A DNA stretch of 35,933 nt from an uncultured beta proteobacterium (GTDB lineage Bacteria; Pseudomonadota; Gammaproteobacteria; Burkholderiales; Burkholderiaceae): assembly GCA_903827075.1 (NCBI GenBank), contig CAIKGX010000158.1, positions 1-35,933 on the forward strand, in the 5' to 3' direction. The stretch's first letter is position 1, and the number at the start of each line of letters is the position of its first letter. Position numbers and translations under genes: made by a program. Below the pieces are notes generated by a model. That model was not told where the DNA came from. It ran no database searches and saw only the letters and a program-made list of their open reading frames with translations. Below, in pieces: positions 27,554 to 35,933 of this stretch.

Positions 27554-29305
27554 ATGACTTTTGCTTTGCATGGAATTCCGGTATCGAAAGGCATTGCCAT
27601 CGGCAAAGCGGTACTGATTTCACGTGCAGCATTAGAGGTAAGTCACTATTTAATTGAGGCTGGTAAAGAAGAGGCGGAAGCCAAAAAACTCCTAGATGCT
27701 TTTGGCCAGGTGCGTCTAGAGCTTGCTCAGTTGCGCCAAGGCCTCCCAAAAGATGCGCCACAAGAAATGGCTGCTTTCTTAGATGTACACGGCATGATTT
27801 TGGCTGATCCTGCGTTGACAGAGAAACCGCTCAAGCTGATTCGTGCTCAACGTTTAAATGCCGCATGGGCTTTAACTACTGAATTAAACGATTTGCTAGA
27901 ACAGTTTTCCGAGATTGAAGACGCTTACTTAAAAGAACGCGCTAACGATATTCGCCAGGTGGCGGAGCGTGTTCTTAAGGCACTCAGTGCCCAGCAGAAA
28001 GACACCCTTAATAATCCAGAGTTAGCTTCGCCAGGCGAGCTTGGGGTAGATGCCATTATTGTGGCGCACGATATTGCTCCTCATGACATGCTGCGCTTCA
28101 AAGACCATGCGTTTACTGGCTTTGTAACGGATTTAGGGGGTAAAACTTCTCACACAGCCATCGTAGCGCGCAGTATGGAAATTCCAGCAGTAGTGGGCGT
28201 TCGTCATGCCAGTGAAATGATTCGCCATGGCGATTGGTTGGTGATTGATGGTGAGCACGGCGTAGTGGTAGTGGCTCCTGATGAGCAATTGCTTTCAGAG
28301 TACAGAGCACTTCAGACCAAAGCCATTGAAGAAACTCGCAAGTTGCAGCTACTTAAGCACTCAAGAACAGCTACTGTAGATAATGTAGCGATTGAGTTAT
28401 TGGCTAATATTGAGTTGCCAGATGATGCTACTCAGGCAGTTGAGCTGGGCGCTGTCGGCGTCGGATTATTTCGTTCTGAATTCTTATTCATGGATCGCAA
28501 TCAAGCGCTCCCTGATGAGGAGAAGCAGTATCAAGAATATCGTCGTGTAGTGGATTTGATGCACGGCCTACCGGTAAATATTCGAACGATTGATGTTGGC
28601 GCGGACAAAGCCTTGGGCGCTGGATCTGATTTATCTCAGACAGGTACATCCCCATTGGGATTGCGCGCTATTCGATGGTCACTCACAGAGCCAGAGATTT
28701 TCTTGACGCAATTGAGGGCGATTTTGAGAGCATCTGCTCATGGTCAGGCGCGCATTATGATTCCGATGCTAGCGCATGTGAAAGAGATTGATGAGACCTT
28801 GCGCCTCATTGAAAAAGCAAAACAACAATTGCATCAAAGAGGTCAAGCATTCAATCCCAATATCCAAGTGGGCGCCATGATTGAAATTCCTGCGGCTGCT
28901 TTAGTGTTGCCATTATTCATCAATCGCTTTGATTTCTTATCGATTGGTACAAACGATTTAATCCAGTACACTCTGGCCATTGATCGCGCTGATCATGCAG
29001 TAGCGCATTTATATGATCCCTTGCATCCCGCTATTCTGAGTTTGCTATACAGCATCATTAGCCAAGCCAAGCGTGCCAATATTCCAGTTGCAGTTTGTGG
29101 CGAGATGGCTGGCGATCCCAGTTTAACTAAGTTGCTTTTAGGATTAGGACTAACGGATTTTTCTATGCACTTTAGTCAGCTCTTGCTAGTGAAACGTGAG
29201 ATCTTAAAGGCTAATGTGGGCTTGCTTAAATCTCGCATTCCAGATCTCTTGCAAGCAATTGAGCCTGACGCACAAGCCTTGGCGCTGGAGAATTTACTCG
29301 CCTAA
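27554..29305 (+). CDS. ptsI: Phosphoenolpyruvate--protein phosphotransferase (Enzyme I, no GAF domain)
   Basis: GGKTSHTAIVAR, GVGLFRSEFL, MIEIP, SIGTNDLIQY, VCGEMAGD. Confidence 0.96.
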   Translation: MTFALHGIPVSKGIAIGKAVLISRAALEVSHYLIEAGKEEAEAKKLLDAFGQVRLELAQLRQGLPKDAPQEMAAFLDVHGMILADPALTEKPLKLIRAQRLNAAWALTTELNDLLEQFSEIEDAYLKERANDIRQVAERVLKALSAQQKDTLNNPELASPGELGVDAIIVAHDIAPHDMLRFKDHAFTGFVTDLGGKTSHTAIVARSMEIPAVVGVRHASEMIRHGDWLVIDGEHGVVVVAPDEQLLSEYRALQTKAIEETRKLQLLKHSRTATVDNVAIELLANIELPDDATQAVELGAVGVGLFRSEFLFMDRNQALPDEEKQYQEYRRVVDLMHGLPVNIRTIDVGADKALGAGSDLSQTGTSPLGLRAIRWSLTEPEIFLTQLRAILRASAHGQARIMIPMLAHVKEIDETLRLIEKAKQQLHQRGQAFNPNIQVGAMIEIPAAALVLPLFINRFDFLSIGTNDLIQYTLAIDRADHAVAHLYDPLHPAILSLLYSIISQAKRANIPVAVCGEMAGDPSLTKLLLGLGLTDFSMHFSQLLLVKREILKANVGLLKSRIPDLLQAIEPDAQALALENLLA

Positions 29306-29319
29306 GTTTTCACAATATT

Positions 29320-30066
29320 TTATTTGCCGCAGACCGAACAGTCGGGATTGCGAGTAATTCGGATTTCATCAATCTGAGTATTGCGAGCATTCCACAAGAG
29401 CATTCTGCCAATTAGGGGCTCACCAAAACCAATCAGAATTTGTAGGGCCTGTGCTGCTTGCATGCTGCCAATAATGCCAACCAATGGGGCAAAAATGCCC
29501 ATGCTGGCGCAACTGATTTCTTCAAACTGCTCATCTGGTGAAAAGACGCAAGCATAGCAAGGTGACGCAAGATTGCGCGGATCAAAAACACTAATCTGTC
29601 CATCAAAGCGAAGCGCTGATCCCGATATCAGAGGCGTTTGATGCTTTACGCAACTCGCATTAATGAGCTGGCGCGTAGCAAAGTTATCAGTGCAATCTAA
29701 TATGACATCTACTACAGGCAAGAGTGTATCTAACAAAGCTAAAGTTGCTTTAGCTTCAATAGTATTGATCTTGATGGTGGGATTTACTTGTTGCAGAAAT
29801 TGCTTGCCTGATTCCACCTTGCTTCTACCGACGCTATGTAGGCTATGCATTATCTGGCGTTGTAGGTTCGTAAGCTCAACTTTATCATGATCAAGTAAAG
29901 TAATTTGGCCCACGCCAGCTGCCGCTAAGTAGGGCGCTGCTGCGCAACCTAAGCCACCCGCCCCAATGACCAGCACATGAGCGGCTAAGAGTTTTTCTTG
30001 GCCAGCAACATCAATATCTTCTAAGAGTAGATGCCTTGAGTAACGTAGTAACTGCTCATCATTCAT
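29320..30066 (-). CDS. moeB: MoeB/ThiF family adenylyltransferase
   Basis: LLRYSRH, GAGGLG, NLQRQ, DCTDNF, CYAC and C-terminal CSVC. Confidence 0.88.
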   Translation of the reverse strand: MNDEQLLRYSRHLLLEDIDVAGQEKLLAAHVLVIGAGGLGCAAAPYLAAAGVGQITLLDHDKVELTNLQRQIMHSLHSVGRSKVESGKQFLQQVNPTIKINTIEAKATLALLDTLLPVVDVILDCTDNFATRQLINASCVKHQTPLISGSALRFDGQISVFDPRNLASPCYACVFSPDEQFEEISCASMGIFAPLVGIIGSMQAAQALQILIGFGEPLIGRMLLWNARNTQIDEIRITRNPDCSVCGK

Positions 30067-30090
30067 ATGCGGGATTGAGCTAGCTTCTGC

Positions 30091-31524
30091 TTATTCGATT
30101 TTCGATGAGGAGCGTTTTATTGGCTCACCATTGATAAATGCAACTGCCTGGGAAAGCATAAAGTCATCTGCGCTACCAAGCTCAACAGGCTTCTTAGACT
30201 TCTCCTTTTCCTTTTCTTCAGGAGTTTTCTTGGCATTTTTTTCTTCAATGCGTTGCATTTCTTCAATGCGACGTTTTTCACGATCGGTAATCAATTTCTC
30301 TTCAGATGATTGCTTATTACGTAAATGTTTCTCGCTATCAATTTCTCGCGTAATTAATACATCATCAGGATCACCATCTTTGTTTTGATCAACGGCAATA
30401 TCGGGCTTGATACCATAGGCCTGAATAGATTTCCCGCTTGGCGTGTAGTAGTAAGCGGTGGTAATTTTTAAAGCAGAGTCATTGGTAAGGGGGCGAACAG
30501 TTTGTACCGACCCTTTGCCAAAGGTAGTTTTGCCAATGATGGTTGCACGCTTATAGTCTTGTAATGCACCGGCAACAATTTCAGAGGCGGATGCTGAGTA
30601 AGCATTAACCAAGACCACCATCGGTAATTTTTTAAACATGGCTGGCACACTAGCCAAAGGATCGCCTGGTTCGCTTAAGCGATACATGGCTGGCGTGGCA
30701 TTGAATACTTGCTTCGATTCTGCTGTTTGCCCTTTAGTGGAAACAATCACTGCATCAGGGGGTAGAAACGCAGCTGCAACGCCTACTGCGCCTTGCAATA
30801 AACCGCCACCATTATTTCTGAGGTCAAGAATAATCCCTTTTAGCTTAGGGTCTTGAGCTGCGAGATCGGATAGCTTTTTAGCGAGGTCTGGCACGGTGCG
30901 TTCTTGGAAGCTAGTCACTCGTACCCAGGCAATATCGTTATCCAGTAATTTGGCTTTGACGGACTGCACTTTAATTTCGGCGCGGGTGATGGTTACTGGA
31001 AAGCTACGTTCTTCGCTCTTGCGAAAGACTGTTAATGTAATTTTTGTACCTGGCGTGCCACGCATTGTGCGGACTGCTTTGTCGAGTGACATGCCGCGAA
31101 CAGGTTTGTCATCTAAGCGAGTAATTAAGTCACCTGCTTGTAGACCAGCTCGTGCAGCGGGACTATCTTCAATGGGATTTAAGACCTTGACTACGCCATC
31201 TTCAGAGGTAATTTCAATCCCGAGGCCTGCAAACTTACCGGTAGTCTGTTCTTGCATCTCAGCAAAGTCTTTTTTGTCCAGGAAGGTGGAGTGGGGATCT
31301 AGGCTGCTGACCATGCCTTTGACGGCATCAGTGAGTAATTGCTTATCTTCAATAGGCTCAACGTATTCCCGTTTAATTTGAGCAAACACATTGGAGAGTG
31401 TGCGCAGTTCATCTAATGGGAGAGTAGCGCCTTGCTGAGCGGTTGCAGATAGTTGAATGGTTGCAGCAACCCCGGCAATCAAGCCAACGGTGACTAGGGC
31501 GAAGTTCTTAAAAAATTGGCGCAT
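30091..31524 (-). CDS. ctpA: S41 family carboxyl-terminal protease
   Basis: LDPHS, PDZ domain GLGIEI, LDLRNNGGGLL, SASASEIVAGALQD, TFGKGSVQ. Confidence 0.93.
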   Translation of the reverse strand: MRQFFKNFALVTVGLIAGVAATIQLSATAQQGATLPLDELRTLSNVFAQIKREYVEPIEDKQLLTDAVKGMVSSLDPHSTFLDKKDFAEMQEQTTGKFAGLGIEITSEDGVVKVLNPIEDSPAARAGLQAGDLITRLDDKPVRGMSLDKAVRTMRGTPGTKITLTVFRKSEERSFPVTITRAEIKVQSVKAKLLDNDIAWVRVTSFQERTVPDLAKKLSDLAAQDPKLKGIILDLRNNGGGLLQGAVGVAAAFLPPDAVIVSTKGQTAESKQVFNATPAMYRLSEPGDPLASVPAMFKKLPMVVLVNAYSASASEIVAGALQDYKRATIIGKTTFGKGSVQTVRPLTNDSALKITTAYYYTPSGKSIQAYGIKPDIAVDQNKDGDPDDVLITREIDSEKHLRNKQSSEEKLITDREKRRIEEMQRIEEKNAKKTPEEKEKEKSKKPVELGSADDFMLSQAVAFINGEPIKRSSSKIE

Positions 31525-31538
31525 GTATCTGTTTTACC

Positions 31539-32228
31539 TTAATCCAAGTAAAAGTGTGAAATTGGCTTGAGGTTGTCATCGAGTTCATAAACAAGCGGAA
31601 TGCCATTCGGAACATTGATTTCCATAATGTCTTGGTCAGAAACTTGATCCAAGTATTTAATTAAAGAGCGGATGCTATTGCCATGAGCAACAAGCAATAC
31701 GCGTTTGCCTGCTTTAAGTGCTGGTGCAATTGATTCATTCCATAAAGGTAGAACGCGATCTACATTGTCTTTTAGGCATTCGCCTAGTGGAATATCAGAG
31801 GCATTAAGTTTCTCGTAGCGGCGATCATTCTGGGGATTGCGCTCATCATCTGTTTCGAGGAGGGGTGGCCGCACATCGTAAGAGCGGCGCCAGATATGTA
31901 CTTGCTCATCGCCGTACTGAGCGGCTGTCTCTGCTTTGTTAAGGCCAGTCAGAGCACCATAATGGCGTTCATTCAGTCTCCAGCTATGCACTACCGGTAA
32001 CCACATGAGATCCATCGTGTCTTGCACGTGCCAAAGGGTGCGAATAGCACGCCTTAAAACAGAGGTGTAGGCGACATCGAACTCATAGCCTGCTTTTTTG
32101 AGGTTTTCACCTGCAACTAAGGCTTGTTCGGTCCCTTTAGGTGTTAAGTCAACATCCGCCCAGCCAGTGAAGCGGTTTTCAAGGTTCCAGGCGGATTCGC
32201 CATGACGAATAAGGACAAGTTGTTTCAT
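31539..32228 (-). CDS. gpmA: 2,3-bisphosphoglycerate-dependent phosphoglycerate mutase
   Basis: [32 protein letters not shown]. Confidence 0.97.
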   Translation of the reverse strand: MKQLVLIRHGESAWNLENRFTGWADVDLTPKGTEQALVAGENLKKAGYEFDVAYTSVLRRAIRTLWHVQDTMDLMWLPVVHSWRLNERHYGALTGLNKAETAAQYGDEQVHIWRRSYDVRPPLLETDDERNPQNDRRYEKLNASDIPLGECLKDNVDRVLPLWNESIAPALKAGKRVLLVAHGNSIRSLIKYLDQVSDQDIMEINVPNGIPLVYELDDNLKPISHFYLD

Positions 32229-32234
32229 AGAGCC

Positions 32235-32244
32235 ATTCTATAAT
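32235..32244. promoter_or_regulatory. Interlocked divergent -10 elements for gpmA and rhodanese
   Basis: ATTCTATAAT contains minus strand TAGAAT (32235-32240) and plus strand TATAAT (32239-32244), each 6 nt from an ATG (32228 and 32251). Confidence 0.7.
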
Positions 32245-32250
32245 CCGGTG

Positions 32251-32664
32251 ATGAACTTTCTCACTCAAATTGATAATTTAGCGCTTATTGCCCTTTTACT
32301 TGTATCAGGCGCAGCGCTTTTCCTACCCACATTATCTACGCTTATTAGCGGAAAAGGCTTATCGCCAACCGAGGCCACTATTTGGATGAATCGCCGGAAA
32401 GCCTACGTCTTAGACTTGCGGTCTGAAGAAGCATATAAATTAGGCCACTTGCCAGGCGCAAAACTGATCTCATCAGCCCAGCTCCTAGCCGGGGCGGATA
32501 AATTGAAGTTGGACCGTAAGAACCCAGTCATTCTGGTTTGCGATAGCGGCAATCAGTCACGCAAAGTCATTGCAGAAGTCCAAAAGTTGGGCTTTGCAGA
32601 GGTTGCCTCCTTAGATGGTGGAGTCCAAGCTTGGCAGGCTGCTGCACTACCATTGGTCAAGTAA
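32251..32664 (+). CDS. Rhodanese-like membrane-anchored protein (YibN-like)
   Basis: N-terminal TM, LDLR...GHLPGA, LVCDSG, LDGGVQAW..A.LP. yibN-grxC-secB-gpsA order. Alternative GTG start at 32248. Confidence 0.9.
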   Translation: MNFLTQIDNLALIALLLVSGAALFLPTLSTLISGKGLSPTEATIWMNRRKAYVLDLRSEEAYKLGHLPGAKLISSAQLLAGADKLKLDRKNPVILVCDSGNQSRKVIAEVQKLGFAEVASLDGGVQAWQAAALPLVK

Positions 32665-32688
32665 AACTGCAAAGTACTAGAGAACCTT

Positions 32689-32943
32689 ATGCCGCCAGTC
32701 ACCATGTACAGCACCCAAGTTTGCCCTTACTGCGTTATGGCAGAAAAGTTCCTGCAAAAAAAAGGTGTGAGCAATCTAGAAAAGATTTTGATTGATCGTG
32801 ATCCAGCACAACGAGAGCTCATGATGACCCGGACTGGACGCCGTACCGTTCCTCAGATTTATATTGGGCAGACGCATGTCGGTGGTTACGAAGACCTGGT
32901 TGCATTGGATCGTGCCGGTCAACTTGACCCATTATTAGCCTAA
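32689..32943 (+). CDS. grxC: Glutaredoxin 3
   Basis: CPYC, TVPQIYIG, GGY.DL. Confidence 0.96.
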   Translation: MPPVTMYSTQVCPYCVMAEKFLQKKGVSNLEKILIDRDPAQRELMMTRTGRRTVPQIYIGQTHVGGYEDLVALDRAGQLDPLLA

Positions 32944-32976
32944 TTATTTACAAAAAACACCAAAAGAAAGTTAGCG

Positions 32977-33498
32977 ATGACTGAACAAAATACCCCAGCT
33001 CAAGATGCCACCGAGAACTCAAAAGAACCTGGATTTCGGATTCAGCGAATCTACCTCAAAGATTTATCTTTAGAGCAGCCCAATGCACCTCAAATTTTAT
33101 TGATTGCCGCTGAGCCTACAGTCGAAATAGAGGTTGATGTGGCAGTGACTCGTTTGAGTGATGAAATCTTTGAGGTTGCTTTGATTGCTACAGTGACAGC
33201 TAAAGTAGACAGCAAAGTCCTGTTCTTGGTTGAGGCAAAACAAGCCGGCATTTTTGAATTTAGCCACATTCCACCAGAGCAAATTGATCCGATGCTAGGT
33301 ATTGCATGCCCAACCATTTTGTATCCTTATTTGCGTTCCAATATTGCCGATACTATTAGTCGCGCAGGCTTCCAGCCAATTCATTTAAATGAAGTTAACT
33401 TCCATGGCATGTATGAACATCGGATCATGCAAGCGCAAGCTGCTGCAGAAAAGGAAAATATGTCTGCCGATGAAAGCAAAATCATTCTTCCTCACTAA
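32977..33498 (+). CDS. secB: Protein-export chaperone SecB
   Basis: [35 protein letters not shown]. Confidence 0.96.
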   Translation: MTEQNTPAQDATENSKEPGFRIQRIYLKDLSLEQPNAPQILLIAAEPTVEIEVDVAVTRLSDEIFEVALIATVTAKVDSKVLFLVEAKQAGIFEFSHIPPEQIDPMLGIACPTILYPYLRSNIADTISRAGFQPIHLNEVNFHGMYEHRIMQAQAAAEKENMSADESKIILPH

Positions 33499-33523
33499 GC
33501 ACTCTTAAAAAAGCCCACAGATC

Positions 33524-34546
33524 ATGAAGGTGACGCTGCTTGGTGCTGGTGCTTGGGGAACTGCTATGGCTGCGCAAGCGGCGCGTCATCTGCATCCCGG
33601 CGATGTATGTCTGTGGTCTCGTAGCGCTAAACAAGTAGAGGCCATCAAAAAAACGGGTGAGAATTTCGCTTACTTACCAGATATTCATCTGCCTTTAGAT
33701 TTGCATCTGGAAGATGATTTTGAGAGTGCTATTTTGCGTATTTCTCAAGAAGACCTTTTGGTGATTGCAACACCCATGTCTGGTTTATCGCAGACAGTGG
33801 CTCAAGTACTCCGCTTGGCTAAACACCCCCTCAATATAGTGTGGCTCTGCAAAGGTCTTGAGCCGAAGACTGCGTTATTGCCACACCAAGTAGTTGAGCG
33901 TGAAGATCAATTACATAATCATGGTTTGAAGCATTCTTACGGCGCTCTTTCTGGCCCCAGCTTTGCGCGTGAAGTCGGAAATGGTATGCCATGCGCTTTA
34001 ACCATTGCCAGTAAATCTTCGCACTTGTGTGAAATTGTCCAGGCGGCTTTTCATCACGGCAATATGCGTATTTATGCTAGTGATGATTTGGTTGGCGTTG
34101 AATTAGGTGGCGCGATTAAAAATGTATTGGCAATTGCAGCTGGTATTGGCGATGGTCTGGATCTGGGTTTAAATGCGCGTGCAGCTGTTTTAACCAGAGG
34201 TCTGGCGGAAATGATGCGTTTAGTAAAAGCTGCTGGTGGTAGACCAGAAACTTGTATGGGTTTAACTGGTGTTGGCGATCTTATTTTGACAGCTACTGGC
34301 GATCTTTCGCGTAACCGTCGAGTAGGCTTAGAGCTTGCAGCAGGCAAACCATTGACTGAAATCTTAGGCAGCCTAGGTCACGTAGCAGAAGGCGTCTTAT
34401 GTGCATCGGCAGTTGGTAATTTGGCAAGTCGACTTGGTGTAGAGATGCCTATTACCTCAATGATGGAGGAGGTGTTATCCGGATCGTTGGCGCCGCAGGA
34501 TGCTGTGAAAAAACTCATGGGTCGCGACCCAAGACTGGAAACTTAA
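33524..34546 (+). CDS. gpsA: NAD(P)H-dependent glycerol-3-phosphate dehydrogenase
   Basis: GAGAWGTA, LSGPSFA.EV, GGAIKNVLAIA, GDLILTATGDLSRNR. Confidence 0.97.
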   Translation: MKVTLLGAGAWGTAMAAQAARHLHPGDVCLWSRSAKQVEAIKKTGENFAYLPDIHLPLDLHLEDDFESAILRISQEDLLVIATPMSGLSQTVAQVLRLAKHPLNIVWLCKGLEPKTALLPHQVVEREDQLHNHGLKHSYGALSGPSFAREVGNGMPCALTIASKSSHLCEIVQAAFHHGNMRIYASDDLVGVELGGAIKNVLAIAAGIGDGLDLGLNARAAVLTRGLAEMMRLVKAAGGRPETCMGLTGVGDLILTATGDLSRNRRVGLELAAGKPLTEILGSLGHVAEGVLCASAVGNLASRLGVEMPITSMMEEVLSGSLAPQDAVKKLMGRDPRLET

Positions 34547-34548
34547 CA

Positions 34549-35019
34549 TTAATTGCCGCCGGCCAAGCCGTTCTGGCGCCAGGCTTCGTAAACCACAATA
34601 GCAACGGTATTCGAAAGATTCAGACTACGACTGCTATCTTGCATAGCTAAGCGCATCTGATTTTGTGTGGGAATACTATTTCTTACTTCTTCTGTGATTC
34701 CTTTGGTTTCTGAGCCAAAGACAAAATAGTCTTCCGGCAAATAGTGACCCTCATGAAATTTACCCAAACCCTTAGTTGTGAGAGCAAATATGCGCTCTGG
34801 CTTAGGCTGTTCATTAGCTAAAAATTGGGCCCAATTGGCATGTACCTTAACTCTAGCAAATTCGTGATAATCCAAACCTGCACGACGTAACTTGGCATCC
34901 TCCATGGGGAAACCTAGAGGCTCTATGAGATGTAATTTGGCGCCTGTATTTGCGCAAAGCCGAATAATATTTCCGGTATTGGGTGGAATTTCAGGTTCGA
35001 ATAAAACAATATTAAACAT
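34549..35019 (-). CDS. trmL: tRNA (cytidine/uridine(34)-2'-O)-methyltransferase
   Basis: MFNIVLFEPEIPPNTGNIIRLCA, RRAGLDY, FGSETKG, RSLNLSN. Start moved to 35019. Confidence 0.95.
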   Translation of the reverse strand: MFNIVLFEPEIPPNTGNIIRLCANTGAKLHLIEPLGFPMEDAKLRRAGLDYHEFARVKVHANWAQFLANEQPKPERIFALTTKGLGKFHEGHYLPEDYFVFGSETKGITEEVRNSIPTQNQMRLAMQDSSRSLNLSNTVAIVVYEAWRQNGLAGGN

Positions 35020-35776
35020 GCTGTGCTTTAGGTTGCGCTGGGCGGGCAGTTCTGAGTAGCACCCAATTAATGACACGAGAAGCACCATTGTCCTTCAGAA
35101 CGCGGGCGATTTCATTTAAGGTGGCGCCACTGGTCATCACATCATCAAAAACGATAATGGTTTGGTTTTCAAGAATGCTTTGATATTGATCGGAAATATA
35201 GAACATTCCTCTGATAGCTATGCCACGCTTTGCCCTACTTTCTGTGACCTGTGATTGCATGGCGTGATATCGCATAAGGGCATAAGGCAATTTTTCTATT
35301 TGGAGATGGCATTGTATTCGTCTGGCTAATTCCCAGCTTTGATTAAACCCGCGAGTACATAGTTTTTCCGGACTTAATGGAACGGGCAGTAAATAGCGAG
35401 CTTTTATATTTTGAAGTGCTTCTGCGGCGCATGCATTCCAGGCTGTTGCTAGACCATGCGCAAAGGCAAGACGTCTTTCATATTTCAGTTGGTGAAGTGC
35501 TTTTTGCAACCTTCCTTCATATCGATCTAGGCAGTGAGTTTCATCAAAATAAGGGGAATTGATTGCACAGTCTATGCAACATTTTTTTTCTAGCTCATGT
35601 GACTCAAGTGGAATTGCACATTGGTAACAGCACTCATAATTGAAAAGGTTTTCTGTGCTTAATACTTCCATGCAAAACGGACACATAGTTTGCTCCTGAA
35701 ATGATTCACAAACGATGCAAGATGTAGGCAATACCCTTGCCAAAATGGATGCAAAAATATTCTCTAAAGTGCGCAT
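35012..35776 (-). CDS. comF: ComF family protein (double zinc ribbon + PRTase)
   Basis: Four CxxC pairs, LKY, PVPL, RGFNQS, IVFDDVMTSGATL. Start probably 35776. Confidence 0.88.
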   Translation of the reverse strand: MRTLENIFASILARVLPTSCIVCESFQEQTMCPFCMEVLSTENLFNYECCYQCAIPLESHELEKKCCIDCAINSPYFDETHCLDRYEGRLQKALHQLKYERRLAFAHGLATAWNACAAEALQNIKARYLLPVPLSPEKLCTRGFNQSWELARRIQCHLQIEKLPYALMRYHAMQSQVTESRAKRGIAIRGMFYISDQYQSILENQTIIVFDDVMTSGATLNEIARVLKDNGASRVINWVLLRTARPAQPKAQHV

Positions 35777-35783
35777 GGGCCGC

Positions 35784-35795
35784 TGAGTATACTCA
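35784..35795. promoter_or_regulatory. Palindromic bidirectional -10 element
   Basis: TGAGTATACTCA is a perfect palindrome giving TATACT on both strands, 6 nt before ATG 35800 and 9 nt before ATG 35776. Confidence 0.55.
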
Positions 35796-35799
35796 CCCA

Positions 35800-35933
35800 A
35801 TGACCCGATCAATCAGATGGCTTCAGGACGAAATTGCAGACCGAATGCTGCAGAAATTAGATATCGTCAAGCTAGACGTCAAGAGTGTATTGATTCTTCC
35901 TGATTTCCCCGGGGCTCATACACGCTTCCTAGA
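35800..35933 (+). CDS. Probable BioC-like SAM methyltransferase; 3' partial (not in the ORF track)
   Basis: My translation is MTRSIRWLQDEIADRMLQKLDIVKLDVKSVLILPDFPGAHTRFL, open to the window edge. The EIA.RM..KL..VK segment and the position divergent from comF fit BioC-like proteins. Confidence 0.6.
   Translation, partial: MTRSIRWLQDEIADRMLQKLDIVKLDVKSVLILPDFPGAHTRFL

Noticed and set aside
30896-31381. 161-aa plus ORF inside ctpA, and similar 60-120 aa shadow ORFs in metH, amtB, glnK and gpsA
   Set aside because: These are antisense or alternative-frame shadows of conserved genes, with no recognisable motifs.

Overview
A gene-dense window of about 43 CDS from a Burkholderiaceae (betaproteobacterial) chromosome. 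The gene order, very short intergenic spaces and roughly mid-40s %GC (by eye) suggest a streamlined Polynucleobacter-like genome; this is an inference. Most of it is core: split metH, argS-SPOR-dsbA, rfaE2, birA-coaX, vanZ-fdx-hydrolase-ybeD-lipB-lipA, ubiK, TorF-like porin-glnK-amtB, gshA-gshB-PTS(IIA/HPr/EI), gpmA-ctpA-moeB, rhodanese-grxC-secB-gpsA and comF-trmL. I see no rRNA, tRNA, CRISPR array or mobile element. Two things stand out. (1) A tightly coupled five-gene minus-strand operon (exported glutathione peroxidase, FAD oxidoreductase, DUF1365, CFA-type methyltransferase, SDR) matches the UfaD/UfaO/UfaM furan-fatty-acid pathway and looks like a stand-alone membrane antioxidant module. 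(2) A TAnnnT (-10-like) hexamer sits exactly 6 nt before the ATG in nine genes, often in 22-37 bp divergent intergenic regions, which points to widespread leaderless mRNAs and minimal bidirectional promoters. All calls come from motif recognition by eye; no searches were run.
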